Origin: Synechococcus elongatus PCC 6301
GTDB lineage: Bacteria; Cyanobacteriota; Cyanobacteriia; Synechococcales; Synechococcaceae
DNA: 32,000 bases
Assembly (NCBI RefSeq): GCF_000010065.1
Contig: NC_006576.1
Span: 930,001-962,000, forward strand
Reading direction: 5' to 3'
Part shown: positions 20,575 to 29,999 of the stretch, piece after piece
How the letters are laid out: each line of letters begins with the position of its first letter
Numbering within the stretch: position 1 is the stretch's first letter
Notes under the pieces: model-generated
Seen by the model: the letters and a program-made list of their open reading frames with translations, nothing else
Told to the model about the DNA's origin: nothing
Databases searched by the model: none
Translations under genes and position numbers: made by a program

Positions 20575-21599
20575 GCGGTCGGCCAGTTGACCCAGTCTTG
20601 GGGCTTGAGGAAGACATCGTAGAGCTCTTGCTCGCGACTGCCGGCCTCCGGTTGATACATGTATTCCCAGCGCACCAGCGGCGGCAAGGACATCAGGATC
20701 GACTCGGTGCGGCCGTTAGTTTGCAGCCCGAAAATCGTGCCGCGATCGTAAACAAGGTTGAATTCGACGTAGCGGCCTCGACGGTAGAGCTGGAATTGGC
20801 GCTCGCGATCGCCCCAAGGGGTATCTTTGCGACGTTCCACGATCGGACTGTAGGCTGGCAGGAAGGTACGACCGCAATCTTGGGCAAAAGCAAACAGTTT
20901 TTCCCAGTTGAGATCGGAAACAATGCCGACTTCAGCCGCTTTTTGACCCGCAGGGCCGGAAGGAGCGGGCCCCTTGTTGTAGAGGTCGCCACGCCCGTCT
21001 TGGTAGTCGAAGAAGATGCCGCCAATGCCGCGCGTTTCACCGCGATGCTTGAGGAAGAAGTACTCATCACACCACAGTTTGAAGACGTCGTAGAACTGCG
21101 GGTAGTGGCGATCGCAAGCAGCCTTAAAGCTGCTGTGGAAGTGCTTGGCGTCTTCCGCAAAGGGATAGTAGGGCGTTAGGTCAGCGCCGCCGCCAAACCA
21201 CCAGACAGGCCCTGCCTCGAAGTAGCGATAGTTGAGGTGCACCGTTGGGATGTAGGGATTGCGCGGGTGCAGCACCATCGAGGTGCCCGTCGCAAAGTAG
21301 CCATGGCCGGCAGCTTCGGGATACTGCGCCAGGATCGAAGGCGGCAGTTTTTCGCCCCAGACTTCCGAGAAGTTAACGCCGCCCTGCTCGAAGACATTAC
21401 CTTCACGGATGACGCGCGATCGCCCGCCACCCCCTTCAGGACGCTCCCAGCTGTCCTCTCGAAATTGGCCACCGCCATCGAGCGCTTCTAGACCTGCGCA
21501 AATCTCGTCTTGCAGGGTCTGCATGAACTGCTTGACCCGCTCGCGCGAGTCACTTGGAGGCACCGGAACGGTCGTAAGGTTCGGAGTGGCGACGGTCAT
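20571..21599 (-). CDS. hemF: Oxygen-dependent coproporphyrinogen III oxidase
   Basis: [62 protein letters not shown]. Start likely ATG 21599; track start 21626. Confidence 0.96.
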   Translation of the reverse strand: MTVATPNLTTVPVPPSDSRERVKQFMQTLQDEICAGLEALDGGGQFREDSWERPEGGGGRSRVIREGNVFEQGGVNFSEVWGEKLPPSILAQYPEAAGHGYFATGTSMVLHPRNPYIPTVHLNYRYFEAGPVWWFGGGADLTPYYPFAEDAKHFHSSFKAACDRHYPQFYDVFKLWCDEYFFLKHRGETRGIGGIFFDYQDGRGDLYNKGPAPSGPAGQKAAEVGIVSDLNWEKLFAFAQDCGRTFLPAYSPIVERRKDTPWGDRERQFQLYRRGRYVEFNLVYDRGTIFGLQTNGRTESILMSLPPLVRWEYMYQPEAGSREQELYDVFLKPQDWVNWPTA

Positions 21600-21781
21600 A
21601 GACGTGGCACGAATTTCGATCAGCAATGAGCTCGCTGGTTGTGGCTAGCACGGGGCAGGCTCCGCCTCTCATCATCCCAGCTTGAGCCGGATGCAGGCGC
21701 GGCAGCATTAACAAACTGTTGCAGAAGCCAAAAACCATTGAGCGATCAGCTATACAGCCTAATTTGGGTTAAGCGATCGCA

Positions 21782-21946
21782 ATGAATGATGATCAAAGCA
21801 ACAAAACTAAGCCCGCCATTCAATTGCACGATCACTTGCCCAAACGATACTCAAAAGTTTTTAAGAGTGAGCTAAAAAGCTCAGTCGCCAACTATCAAAA
21901 TCAGGACAGTAGCTTGAGGCCAAAACGGCTAAGAATTGATTACTGA
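21782..21946 (+). CDS. Possible 54-aa protein
   Basis: MNDDQSNKTKPAIQLHDHLPKRYSKVFKSELKSSVANYQNQDSSLRPKRLRIDY*; divergent from hemF, overlaps the mutY 3' end by 7 nt. Confidence 0.4.
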   Translation: MNDDQSNKTKPAIQLHDHLPKRYSKVFKSELKSSVANYQNQDSSLRPKRLRIDY

Positions 21947-23022
21947 ACCTTGGACTTAAGGATTGCAGTAATGATTTGCTGATTCGCTTTTGGGAATGCG
22001 AATTCACTTAATTCAGTCGGCTCAACCCAGCGAACTTCCGCACATTCGATCGCCTGCGGTTCACCCTCTAAATGCTGACAGTAGTGAACGTGCAAGGTCA
22101 CTCGGAAATGCGTATAAGTGTGATCAACGGAAATTAAATGATCACCAACTGCGATCGCGATGCCCAGTTCTTCTTGAATCTCACGACGAATGCAGTCTTC
22201 GATGCTTTCACCCGCTTCAATCTTGCCGCCTGGAAATTCCCAGAGCCCGCCGAGCAATCCTTCCGGTTTACGTTGATCAATCAAAATCTGACCGCGATCG
22301 TTCCAAATCACCGCGACCCCAATTTGTTTGTGCGGGATTGGAGAGCTAGCTTCGCGCAAGGGCAGTTGTTCAGTCATTTGGGTATTGTAGGCAGCGCAGG
22401 CAAACGACCACGGGCAGCGATCGCAGACAGGTTTACGGGGCGTACAAATTGTCGCGCCCAAGTCCATGATCGCCTGATTAAAGTCGCGGGGCTGATCAGG
22501 ATCGATCAGCGCTTCTGACCATTGCCAGAGTTGAGCGATCGCTCGGGCCGGTGGCAACGGTAACGCCCCCAAACGAGCCAGAACTCGTTTGACATTGCCA
22601 TCGAGAATCGCTTGCGGTTGGTTGAAAGCCGCACTGAGAATGCCACCCGCTGTCGTGCGGCCAATGCCGGGCAGGGCTTCGACTGCAGTTGCAGACTCGG
22701 GAAAGCGCCCTTGATGCTCCGTCACAATCTGTTGGGCGGCGCGGTGCAAATTGCGGGCACGGCTGTAGTAGCCCAAGCCTTCCCAAGCTTTGAGAACGGC
22801 GTTGAGATCGGCAATCGCCAACACCTCTACGGTTGGAAACCGCTCCAGCCAACGCTGGTAGTAAGGAATGACCGTCTGGACTTGGGTTTGCTGCAGCATT
22901 ACCTCCGAAATCCAGATAGCGTAAGGGTCGCGAGTCTGCCGCCAGGGCAAATCACGACCCTGCTGCCCGTACCAGGCCAGCAGCGATCGCCGCAGTTCAG
23001 GAATGGCTGCCGCCGGAAACAC
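21940..23022 (-). CDS. mutY: A/G-specific adenine glycosylase MutY with C-terminal NUDIX-like domain
   Basis: GRDLPWRQTRDPYAIWISEVMLQQTQVQTVIPYYQRW, LPGIGRTTAGGI, CxxxxxxCxxCxxxxxC cluster (CTPRKPVCDRCPWSFAC); LLGGLWEFPGGKIEAGE. GTG start. Confidence 0.96.
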   Translation of the reverse strand: MFPAAAIPELRRSLLAWYGQQGRDLPWRQTRDPYAIWISEVMLQQTQVQTVIPYYQRWLERFPTVEVLAIADLNAVLKAWEGLGYYSRARNLHRAAQQIVTEHQGRFPESATAVEALPGIGRTTAGGILSAAFNQPQAILDGNVKRVLARLGALPLPPARAIAQLWQWSEALIDPDQPRDFNQAIMDLGATICTPRKPVCDRCPWSFACAAYNTQMTEQLPLREASSPIPHKQIGVAVIWNDRGQILIDQRKPEGLLGGLWEFPGGKIEAGESIEDCIRREIQEELGIAIAVGDHLISVDHTYTHFRVTLHVHYCQHLEGEPQAIECAEVRWVEPTELSEFAFPKANQQIITAILKSKVQ

Positions 23023-24002
23023 TAGCTAGCCAAGTATTCCTGCACTTGCGATCGAGCTTGGCGCAGGGTATGCAACGCTTCACGCTCCAACTGACGCACA
23101 CGCTCGCGACTGATTTGCAGGCGATCGCCAATTGAGGCGAGGGTCATCACCTGGCCATCCTCAAGTCCGTAGCGCAGGGCAATCACTTGTCGCTGTTGCT
23201 CAGTCAATTGATCCAAGAGGCGATCGATATCCCGACGCATTGAAGCTTGGAGGGTAAACTCTTCCGGCGTCGTGCAGTCGGTTTCTAGCAAGTCACCCAA
23301 CTCGGTGTCTTGGTTATCACCGACGCGCAAATCCAAGGACAAGGGATGCCGGGCTTTTTCGAGGTAATCACGCACCTGTGCTGGAGTCAGGTCCAGTGCC
23401 GCAGCAAGTTCCGGCAAGGTCGCCGTGCGACCTAGCTGCTGTGACAGCTGACGCTGCATTTTCTTGATCTTGTTGAGCTTTTCGGTGATGTGAATCGGCA
23501 GCCGAATCGTACGTGCTTTTTCCGCGATCGCCCGTGTAATTGCTTGGCGAATCCACCAATAGGCGTAGGTACTAAAGCGATAGCCTTTGGTCGGATCAAA
23601 TTTCTCGACGCCGCGCTGCATGCCGATCGTCCCTTCTTGGATCAAATCCAAGAGGTCCATATTGCGTTTCAGATATTTTTTGGCGACGGAAACGACAAGG
23701 CGCAGATTCGCCTCGATCATTTTGCGCTTGGCCTGCTCGCCCAGATGCTGTTGCTGACGCAACTCCTCGATCGACAGCCCTGCTGCTGCAGCCCACTCCA
23801 GATCACTAGGATCGCGATCGCCCTCTTCTGATTGCAGTGTCTGTCGGAGTTCCTGCAGCTTCATCCATTGCTGTACCCGCTTCCCAAGTACAACCTCTTC
23901 TTCATGGGTCAGCAGGGGCACCCGACCAATTTCACGGAGGTAGGTGCGGACTAAGTCGGAGGTAGGGGTTTCAGTTTTGGCCACGGGAAACCTCGGCAAC
24001 AC
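23022..24002 (-). CDS. RNA polymerase group 2 sigma-70 factor (RpoD family; probably rpoD3)
   Basis: [98 protein letters not shown]. Exact start uncertain: GTG 24002 or the downstream GTG at V7. Confidence 0.95.
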   Translation of the reverse strand: MLPRFPVAKTETPTSDLVRTYLREIGRVPLLTHEEEVVLGKRVQQWMKLQELRQTLQSEEGDRDPSDLEWAAAAGLSIEELRQQQHLGEQAKRKMIEANLRLVVSVAKKYLKRNMDLLDLIQEGTIGMQRGVEKFDPTKGYRFSTYAYWWIRQAITRAIAEKARTIRLPIHITEKLNKIKKMQRQLSQQLGRTATLPELAAALDLTPAQVRDYLEKARHPLSLDLRVGDNQDTELGDLLETDCTTPEEFTLQASMRRDIDRLLDQLTEQQRQVIALRYGLEDGQVMTLASIGDRLQISRERVRQLEREALHTLRQARSQVQEYLAS

Positions 24003-24076
24003 GGTGGACGACGAGCCTTGGCCAGTCAGAAGCGGTTCTGGCTGGTGAAGTTGTCTTAATTTTTGTTAACTTTCTT

Positions 24077-24098
24077 TCAGCTTACGTCATAAAGCTGA
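24077..24098. other. Inverted repeat upstream of the sigma factor gene
   Basis: TCAGCTT (24077-24083) / AAGCTGA (24092-24098), 8-nt loop. Confidence 0.4.
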
Positions 24099-24217
24099 GG
24101 ACGCCTAGCGATCGCCCTATGAAAATTCGTGCTTGGAGAGCGATCGTGGCCCTGGAATTTTTCAGTTTCTGAGAACAATCGCCTGTGCTTAGCCGAGATC
24201 GAGACAGCAGACCGCAA

Positions 24218-24718
24218 CTACAGTGAGATCTCCTTCAGTACCAAGCCCTGAAATCCGGCCAGAACTCCGCCTGCAATCAGCGCCACCAAGATGCCAGCGG
24301 TCAGCACCCCGAAGCCAATGGAGGGCAGGGCATAGCGTCGGCGAATCCCCAAAATGACCGCCAAGGCTGCACCAGCCCAGGCACCTGTTCCTGGCAACGG
24401 AATCGCGACAAAAATTCCCAGCCCGATCGCACCGTAACGCTGCACCGTGGCTTCACCCTTGAGCCGCACCCGCCGCTCCAAGGCTTCCCAAAACCGCTCA
24501 AAGGGCGGCCAGCCTTCACACCACTGAATGATCCGAGGCAGCAACAGCAGCACGATCGGAATAACTAAGCTGTTGCCAATCAGAGCAAAGATCAGCGAGG
24601 TGCCAAGGTTGAGGTTGAGCGCTAAACCCAATGGAATAGCACCCCGGAGTTCGATCAGCGGCGTTGCCCCCATCAGCATCACCAGCAATTCCGACCAGGG
24701 GCGCTCTAACATCATCAC
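24218..24718 (-). CDS. Small multi-drug export family membrane protein
   Basis: LLVMLMGATPLIELRGAIPLGLALNLNLGTSLIFALIGNSLVIPIVLLLLP...GIFVAIPLPGTGAWAGALAA-type motif. Confidence 0.8.
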   Translation of the reverse strand: MMMLERPWSELLVMLMGATPLIELRGAIPLGLALNLNLGTSLIFALIGNSLVIPIVLLLLPRIIQWCEGWPPFERFWEALERRVRLKGEATVQRYGAIGLGIFVAIPLPGTGAWAGAALAVILGIRRRYALPSIGFGVLTAGILVALIAGGVLAGFQGLVLKEISL

Positions 24719-24733
24719 TCGGTTTCCTTCGGT

Positions 24734-25750
24734 CTAGGCCGGAATTGCAGCGGGTACCGCTGCCCCAATCAGGTACAGCAAAGCCATGCGGACAGCAACT
24801 CCATTGGTGACTTGCGGCTGAATCAGACTGATCGACTCGTCTTCCATCAGGTCAGAGCTGAGTTCCACGCCTCGGTTGACCGGCCCGGGATGGAGGAGTT
24901 TCACGCTTGGCTGGCAGACCCGCAGGCGATCGCGCGTTAGGCCAAACTCCCGATGATATTCCCGCAAACTCGGCAGGAGCGACTGACTCATCCGCTCCTG
25001 TTGCAGGCGCAGAGTCATCACAAAATCAGCGTTTTCCAATGCGGACTCTAGTTGCCAGTGAATCTGGAGCTGGCGCGGCAATCCACTGCCAGGAATTGGG
25101 GTATTAGCAAACTGGGCAAACTCTGGAGGCAATAACGTCGGTGGAGCGGCTAAATGCACCTCAGCCCCGGCCGCCGTCAGGCTCCAAATGTTCGATCGTG
25201 CCACCCGCGAGTGAAGGATATCGCCGACGATCGCAATTTTCTTGCCCGCGATCGCACCCAGACTCGGTTGCTCCGGCTGAATCACACTGCAGATTGTGAA
25301 CAAATCCAACAGCGCTTGCGAGGGATGCTCGTGCTGACCGTCACCGGCATTGAGTACCCGCACCTCGGTGCCGAGCCGTTCCATTTCCCGCGCGATCGCC
25401 TGGGGAACGCCGGCCTGAGCATGGCGCACCACCATAATGTCACTGCCCATCGCCAGATAGGTGCGGGCCGTATCGAGAATAGTCTCGCCCTTGCTGAGCG
25501 ATGAACTGCTGGCCGCAAAGTTAATCGTGTCTGCCGATAGCCGTTTTGCCGCCAGTTCAAAGCTGCTGCGTGTCCGCGTCGATGGCTCAAAAAACAGCGT
25601 CGTTACCACCTGTCCCTGCAAGGTCGGCACTTTTTTATTACGCCGCTGCAGAACCTCAGCAAAGCCCGCCGCTGTACGCAACACCATTTCATATTCGACA
25701 GGGCTAAAGTCTGCTAACGACAGAATGTGTCGACGTTGCCAATCGCTCAC
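24734..25750 (-). CDS. pyrB: Aspartate carbamoyltransferase catalytic subunit
   Basis: [44 protein letters not shown] start at 25750 inferred from the GTGA overlap with the upstream gene's stop; the 25975 track start runs into mpg. Confidence 0.96.
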
Positions 25751-26358
25751 ACGCTCACTCCCATTTGTTCTGCTTCTGCCCGGCGATCGCGGCGCGAAAC
25801 CGCTGGGCTTTCGGCCAAATACCAACGCCACGGCAAATCGACTCCTCGGGTCAGGCCAATCCGCGTCGTCTGAATCAGCGTTCCCAACGGGTAATCGGCA
25901 GCTTCTAGATCGAGAGGACTGGTTGGCCCCAGCCAGGATCCGTCCAGTTGGCGATCGATTGCTAAGAATCGGCACAGCCGTCCTGGCCCAGCCCCTGCGA
26001 TCGCCTCCGTATCAGGAAATTCCAGCGCCCGAATCAAAACAGCACTCGCCAAGTCTGCTGCTTCCGTCGCCAGATTGATGCAGTGATAGCGACCGTAGAT
26101 TTGATAGACGTAGACCTGTCCGGGCGGACCAAACATCGAGCGATTTCGTGCCGTCTGACGACGGTACCCATGGCAGGCTGGATCGCCGGCTTCGTAGGCT
26201 TCGGTTTCGACAATCCGCCCACGAATGACCCGACCATCCGCAAAACGGCGCACGAGCCAGCAGCCCAACAGGGCGATCGCGGCCTCCGTAGCAGGTTGGC
26301 TCAACAAGGGGTGCCAAGGTGATTCCAACAACGCCGCTGTGGTCACAACGCCCGCCAA
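25747..26358 (-). CDS. mpg: 3-methyladenine DNA glycosylase (AAG/MPG family)
   Basis: [68 protein letters not shown]. 5' end uncertain: TTG at 26358 or a downstream start. Confidence 0.92.
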
Positions 26359-26442
26359 TCATTAAGAAAGCCGACAGGAGCCTCGCCAAGACCTGAGTGG
26401 CACGGCAAGCTGAGGGGTATCGGGTTGCGATCGCCGCGCACT

Positions 26443-26565
26443 ATGGACTTCAAGCTTGTTTTGCTCCTGCTCACCATCCCCTTCACCCTTGCGACGCTTT
26501 ACTTTGGAACGCGCAACGGCTTCTATGATTCTGATGATTACCACGGCAACGGCACAGCCCACTAG
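26443..26565 (+). CDS. Small single-TM protein (40 aa), unannotated in the supplied track
   Basis: MDFKLVLLLLTIPFTLATLYFGTRNGFYDSDDYHGNGTAH*; clean ATG-TAG, one hydrophobic helix and polar acidic tail; sits in the gap between two minus-strand genes. Confidence 0.65.
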   Translation: MDFKLVLLLLTIPFTLATLYFGTRNGFYDSDDYHGNGTAH

Positions 26566-26574
26566 CCTCAGAGA

Positions 26575-26886
26575 CTAACTTTCGGGCAGGTCACCACTGC
26601 TTTTGGGCAACTGTTCCGCTTCAGGACAATCTTCTGAGACTGTGATTTCGACATTGGTGCGCGGGAAGGTGGCCAGCCGCTGCGTGACCGCGCCAATGCT
26701 TTCGAGGCGCACCATTTCTTCCCAAGAGCAAATTTCGTCTTCTTCCTCGGTTTCGTAGCGAAGTGTTACCAAGTCGCCCTCGATATCGAGGATGCGAGCC
26801 CGTTCAATCCACCGTTGCTGATCTCGCAGGAACACCCAGACCTCCCGACCATCGCTACAGAGTTGGTAGATCTTGCGATGTAGCAT
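26575..26886 (-). CDS. Conserved cyanobacterial hypothetical protein (DUF6679-like)
   Basis: MLHRKIYQLCSDGREVWVFLRDQQRWIERARILDIEGDLVTLRYETEEEDEICSWEEMVRLESIGAVTQRL. Start chosen at ATG 26886. Confidence 0.7.
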   Translation of the reverse strand: MLHRKIYQLCSDGREVWVFLRDQQRWIERARILDIEGDLVTLRYETEEEDEICSWEEMVRLESIGAVTQRLATFPRTNVEITVSEDCPEAEQLPKSSGDLPES

Positions 26887-27109
26887 CGTGGTTCTCCAGG
26901 GCAGACTTGTGAACGACCCGTGACCATCGGACTTAGGGGGCACCGTTCCCTGACGGGATTGGGCTGATCATAGTACACGCGTCCGGCTACCTCCATGATG
27001 CCCGATTTCCGCTGGTGACAGCGCAGCGATCGCTGGAGTGGGGCTCTCTGGATCCTCACACCTCAAGCAATTGCGCCAACCGTCAATTTCAGGTTCTGCG
27101 ATCGCCGGT

Positions 27110-27730
27110 CTAGGAACGGCCCCGACGTTCTAGCCGCGTGTAGGTGGCTTCAATGCGGCGCCACAGCTCTGCATCACCCTTCGCCCACTTCAGAGCGCCT
27201 TTGAGATACTGGCGGGCGCGATCGACTTTGTTTTGACCAATGAGTTGTTGTGCATAGTCGTAGTAAACCCAGCCTTTGAGTTGCTGGGCACGGGCATCGG
27301 TAGGCAACTGCTGGAGTAGTGCATCAACAACCAGCAGGGCCTGCACCAGTTTGCCCTGTCGTCGCAAATCTTCCAGTTGCACTTCGGCATTCCGACGCAG
27401 CAGCATCTGTTCGGGCGTCAACGGCGGGGGTGGGGGACTAGAAGCCGCCTGAGCCGAGGCTTGCCGCCGCACCACGGTGACCTTCGGGCCACCAGAATTC
27501 TCGGGAGCAGCCGCTGGATCTGCAGCCGCAGCAGCCGAGCGATCGCGGAGCGATTGCTGGAGGCATTGGTAAGCAAGGGTCAGTTCTTGAAACTGAGTTT
27601 GGGCCTCGGGGCTGTCGTTGTGATCGGGATGGAGCGCTTTGGCACGCTGGCGATAGTGGCGCTTGAGTTGCGCTTCATCAAAATCCAGTGGTAGTTGCAG
27701 CAGCAAGCGGGCTTGGGTGACAGCATCCAT
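27110..27730 (-). CDS. J-domain protein
   Basis: MDAVTQARLLLQLPLDFDEAQLKRHYRQRAKALHPDHNDSPEAQTQFQELTLAYQCL: J-domain with HPD; C-terminal TPR-like helices. Confidence 0.9.
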   Translation of the reverse strand: MDAVTQARLLLQLPLDFDEAQLKRHYRQRAKALHPDHNDSPEAQTQFQELTLAYQCLQQSLRDRSAAAAADPAAAPENSGGPKVTVVRRQASAQAASSPPPPPLTPEQMLLRRNAEVQLEDLRRQGKLVQALLVVDALLQQLPTDARAQQLKGWVYYDYAQQLIGQNKVDRARQYLKGALKWAKGDAELWRRIEATYTRLERRGRS

Positions 27731-27892
27731 CCGAATTAGGGGGATTGAGACTTCACCACGCTAGCGATCGCCCCAGAGAGCGACCACTCGGCTAAGCAAT
27801 TTGATTGCAGTAAAGGCTGATTCTCAGCTTACGGATCTCCTGCGGCGGGCGGAAGTCAGTATTATCGGGGCAGCCTTCACCGACTGATTCCC

Positions 27893-28639
27893 ATGCTGTT
27901 GCAGCGTTCCACTTGGCCCGAAGTTGAAGCCTATCTGCAACAGAGCGATGGCATTATCATCCCGATCGGCTCTACTGAGCAGCACGGCCCGACAGGCTTG
28001 ATCGGCACAGATGCCATTTGCGCTGAAGCGATCGCCCAAGGAGTTGCCGATCGCACACAGGCGCTGGTCGGCCCGACGATCAATGTGGGTATGGCGCTGC
28101 ACCATCTTGGTTTTCCCGGCAGTGTCAGCTTGCGGCCGAGTACCTTGCTGCAGGTGATTGTCGACTATCTCAGCAGTCTGGCTCAGCATGGCTTTCGCCA
28201 CTTCTATTTCATCAATGGCCATGGCGGCAACATCGCCACAGTTCGGGCAGCCTTTGCTGAGTTTTACGCTGTTGCGGGCGATCGCCGCTGTCCTGAACCC
28301 GATCGCCTCCGCTGTCATCTAGCGAACTGGTTTATGGTGCCGGCAGTCACTAAGCTGGCCCGCGAGCTTTATGGCGATGAGGAAGGATCTCACGCCACCC
28401 CCAGCGAAGTGGCCCTGACACAATTCATCTACCCAGACTCAATCAAGACCGCACCGCTGACGGTTGAGGTTCACAGCAGCCACGCGATCTACGCAGCAGA
28501 CGATTTTCGCAGGCGCTACCCCGATGGCCGTATGGGTTCGAATCCGGCTTTGGCCACGCCAGAGCATGGCCAACAGTTCTACGAGAGTGCCGTGGCGGAA
28601 TTGAGCCAGTCCTATCAGGCTTTTTTGGCAGCAGACTGA
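27893..28639 (+). CDS. Creatininase family protein
   Basis: GIIIPIGSTEQHGPTGLIGTDAICAEAIAQ, FYFINGHGGNIAT, EGSHATPSEVALTQF. Confidence 0.93.
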   Translation: MLLQRSTWPEVEAYLQQSDGIIIPIGSTEQHGPTGLIGTDAICAEAIAQGVADRTQALVGPTINVGMALHHLGFPGSVSLRPSTLLQVIVDYLSSLAQHGFRHFYFINGHGGNIATVRAAFAEFYAVAGDRRCPEPDRLRCHLANWFMVPAVTKLARELYGDEEGSHATPSEVALTQFIYPDSIKTAPLTVEVHSSHAIYAADDFRRRYPDGRMGSNPALATPEHGQQFYESAVAELSQSYQAFLAAD

Positions 28640-28646
28640 GTCGTAC

Positions 28647-29999
28647 TTAGAGGCGCAGGACGCGGCGCAGAATTCCCCGCAGTTGATCAGGGCGCGATTG
28701 ATTGGCTGTAGGTGTTAGCAAGCCTGCGTTCGTCAAAACCTGTTGACGCTGGGCCAACTGCTCGGCCATCACCTGGGATAGGTTTGGACAGCGCTCTAGC
28801 AAATGCCGCAGATTATTGCGATCGACGACAAACAATGTACCTGGTTCGAGGGCAACCACGGTCGCTGTCCGAGGGATGTCGAGCATCACCGCCAACTCCC
28901 CAAAAAAGTTGCCCGATTCGAGAGTGGCGATCGCTTCTTCTCGGCCCTTAACTTGCACACTAAAACGACCGTTCAGAATCAGATAAAACTCTTCGCCGAG
29001 TTCACCCTCACGACAAAGGACGTCACCCACCACGCAAGTGCGACGACGGCCCTTTTCGATCAGCCAGCGAATTTGGCTGTCGTCATAATCCCGGAAGAGA
29101 TCTACCCGTCGTAGCAAGCTGGGTAGGTAGTCGTCGGGTAGTTCGCTAGTTGTCACCGAGCGATGTCGATGCAGGACCAATTGAGGGAAGGGAATTTGAA
29201 TCTCGCGCCGTTCAAATTCACTGGCAATCCGAAAATTCAAATCACTTTTAATCGGCTCAATCAGCTCTGGGCGATCGGTCCAAAAGAGTAATTCGAAGTT
29301 GAGTGTCGAATCGCCAAAACTCCGAAACCAAACGGTCGGCGCTGGTTGAGTGAGTACGCGACTATCTTGGCGAGCGACGGTCAGCAAGGCATCAGTCAGC
29401 CAGAGGGGGTCGGTGCCGTAGGCCACACTGATCGGTAGATGCACGCGGCTGGCTGTATTTTGATAGCTCCAATTAATAATGTTGGAATCGACGAGGCGAT
29501 CGTTGGGCACAATCACGTGGACATGGTCGAGGGTCCGAACGGCTGTTGCCCGAAATGAGATCTTTTCAACTGTTCCTAAAACACCATCTAAACTCACCAG
29601 ATCACCGACCTTAATCGGTTGTTCAATCAGTAGAGTAATGCCACTAAAAAAGCTAGCAGCTAGGCGCTGTAAACCTAGACTTAAGCCAAGGCCCAAAACC
29701 CCTGCTAGCACCGTGAGGGAACTGAGATCGACCCCGATCGCTTGCAGGCCAATGATCAAGATCAAACTCGTCAGTAAATAGCTAGTGATTGTTGCGATCG
29801 CCTCGCGAGGGCCTCGCTCTACACCCAGCCGAACCAAAACAATTTCACGCAACCAGCGGTTCATCTGGCGCATCAGATAGAGCAGCAAACCTGCCAGAAC
29901 CGCCAGCAAAATCAGTGAACCGAGGGAAATCTGGCTACTTCCCAGCCGGAGCAAGGGGGTGCTGGTCCATTGTTCGAGGCGATCAAAAAGATCCATCAC
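28647..29999 (-). CDS. MscS-family channel with C-terminal cyclic-nucleotide-binding domain
   Basis: LGVLGLGLSLGLQRLAASFFSGITLLIEQPIKVGDLVSLDGVLGTVEKISFRATAVRTLDHVHVIVPN and FGELAVMLDIPRTATVVALE (cNMP phosphate-binding-cassette pattern). GTG 29999 or ATG 29996. Confidence 0.92.
   Translation of the reverse strand: MMDLFDRLEQWTSTPLLRLGSSQISLGSLILLAVLAGLLLYLMRQMNRWLREIVLVRLGVERGPREAIATITSYLLTSLILIIGLQAIGVDLSSLTVLAGVLGLGLSLGLQRLAASFFSGITLLIEQPIKVGDLVSLDGVLGTVEKISFRATAVRTLDHVHVIVPNDRLVDSNIINWSYQNTASRVHLPISVAYGTDPLWLTDALLTVARQDSRVLTQPAPTVWFRSFGDSTLNFELLFWTDRPELIEPIKSDLNFRIASEFERREIQIPFPQLVLHRHRSVTTSELPDDYLPSLLRRVDLFRDYDDSQIRWLIEKGRRRTCVVGDVLCREGELGEEFYLILNGRFSVQVKGREEAIATLESGNFFGELAVMLDIPRTATVVALEPGTLFVVDRNNLRHLLERCPNLSQVMAEQLAQRQQVLTNAGLLTPTANQSRPDQLRGILRRVLRL

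Noticed and set aside
24734-25975. 413-aa extended pyrB ORF
   Set aside because: The first 75 residues overlap mpg and look non-homologous to ATCase; the GTG at 25750 with a GTGA overlap is a better start.
26362-26562. 66-aa minus-strand ORF
   Set aside because: Antisense to the better-looking 40-aa ORF; Arg/Lys-rich tail without recognisable pattern.
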